In this document: positions 63,526 to 64,000 of the stretch, piece after piece
How positions within the stretch are numbered: position 1 is the stretch's first letter
Layout: each line of letters starts with the position of its first letter
Assembly (NCBI RefSeq): GCF_006345805.1
Contig: NC_042999.1
Location: 93,930,001 to 93,994,000 of the forward strand
Origin: Octopus sinensis
Taxonomy: Eukaryota
Direction: 5' to 3'
Length of the DNA: 64,000 nt
Notes under the pieces: generated by a model
What the model was told of the DNA's origin: nothing
Seen by the model: the letters and a program-made list of their open reading frames with translations, nothing else
Database searches by the model: none
Made by a program: the position numbers and the translations under genes

Positions 63526-64000
63526 TATTGTTGTATTTCGGTATGGTAATTTAATTTTTTTCTTTGACAAATAATCAGAGGCACTACATATTTTTTCTTC
63601 ACTCATTTATTACTGTTCTTCTTTAATTATTGTTTTAATAAACGTTTGAAGAAAAAATATAGTGCGTGTGTTGATATTGAAAAAAATAGAAAGAAATGAC
63701 CATCCCGAAATACAACGATATCTGTTTGAACAAACGATTTCATATCAGGAATCTTTCAAAACGAATCTTGATATAAAAATGTATCTTGATATTTTTGAGC
63801 CTTTATATACGTGTAGTTATATGAGGATCTATTTCATTGAATGATACATAATTATTTCATAAAAAATTCTCACCAAAATAACCTATATGAGTTGTATATA
63901 AAAGACAAAGAGTATTACTATATACAACTTGCTTTTATCGGCATCGATACTTGAAAACGCATATATGTAAGCATACGTTTGAAAATATATATAATTATGC

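Overview
AT-rich, microsatellite-dense eukaryotic intronic or intergenic DNA. The SINE families and repeat landscape look cephalopod (Octopus-like); this is an inference, not a database result. No host protein-coding gene can be called with confidence. Most of the supplied ORFs are translations of (CA)n, (TA)n, (TAA)n or (GAA)n tracts, or remnants of transposons. Recognisable elements: many tRNA-headed SINEs, at least five decayed Penelope-like (PLE) RT or GIY-YIG fragments, an L1/Tx1-like LINE relic, an RTE fragment, R4/Dong-like RLE LINE fragments sitting in (TAA)n tracts, two Helentron/DINE-like non-autonomous elements and one decayed mariner. The most striking structure is a recurring architecture of non-coding head-to-head inverted duplications. 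Two young ones (11201-11718, 233-bp arms; 20697-24930, ~2-kb arms) each carry a type I hammerhead ribozyme motif near both outer ends, facing outward, and each has a central spacer built from templated sequence snippets. Three older fold-backs of similar shape occur at ~32.9-33.4, 53.9-54.7 and 62.0-63.2 kb.
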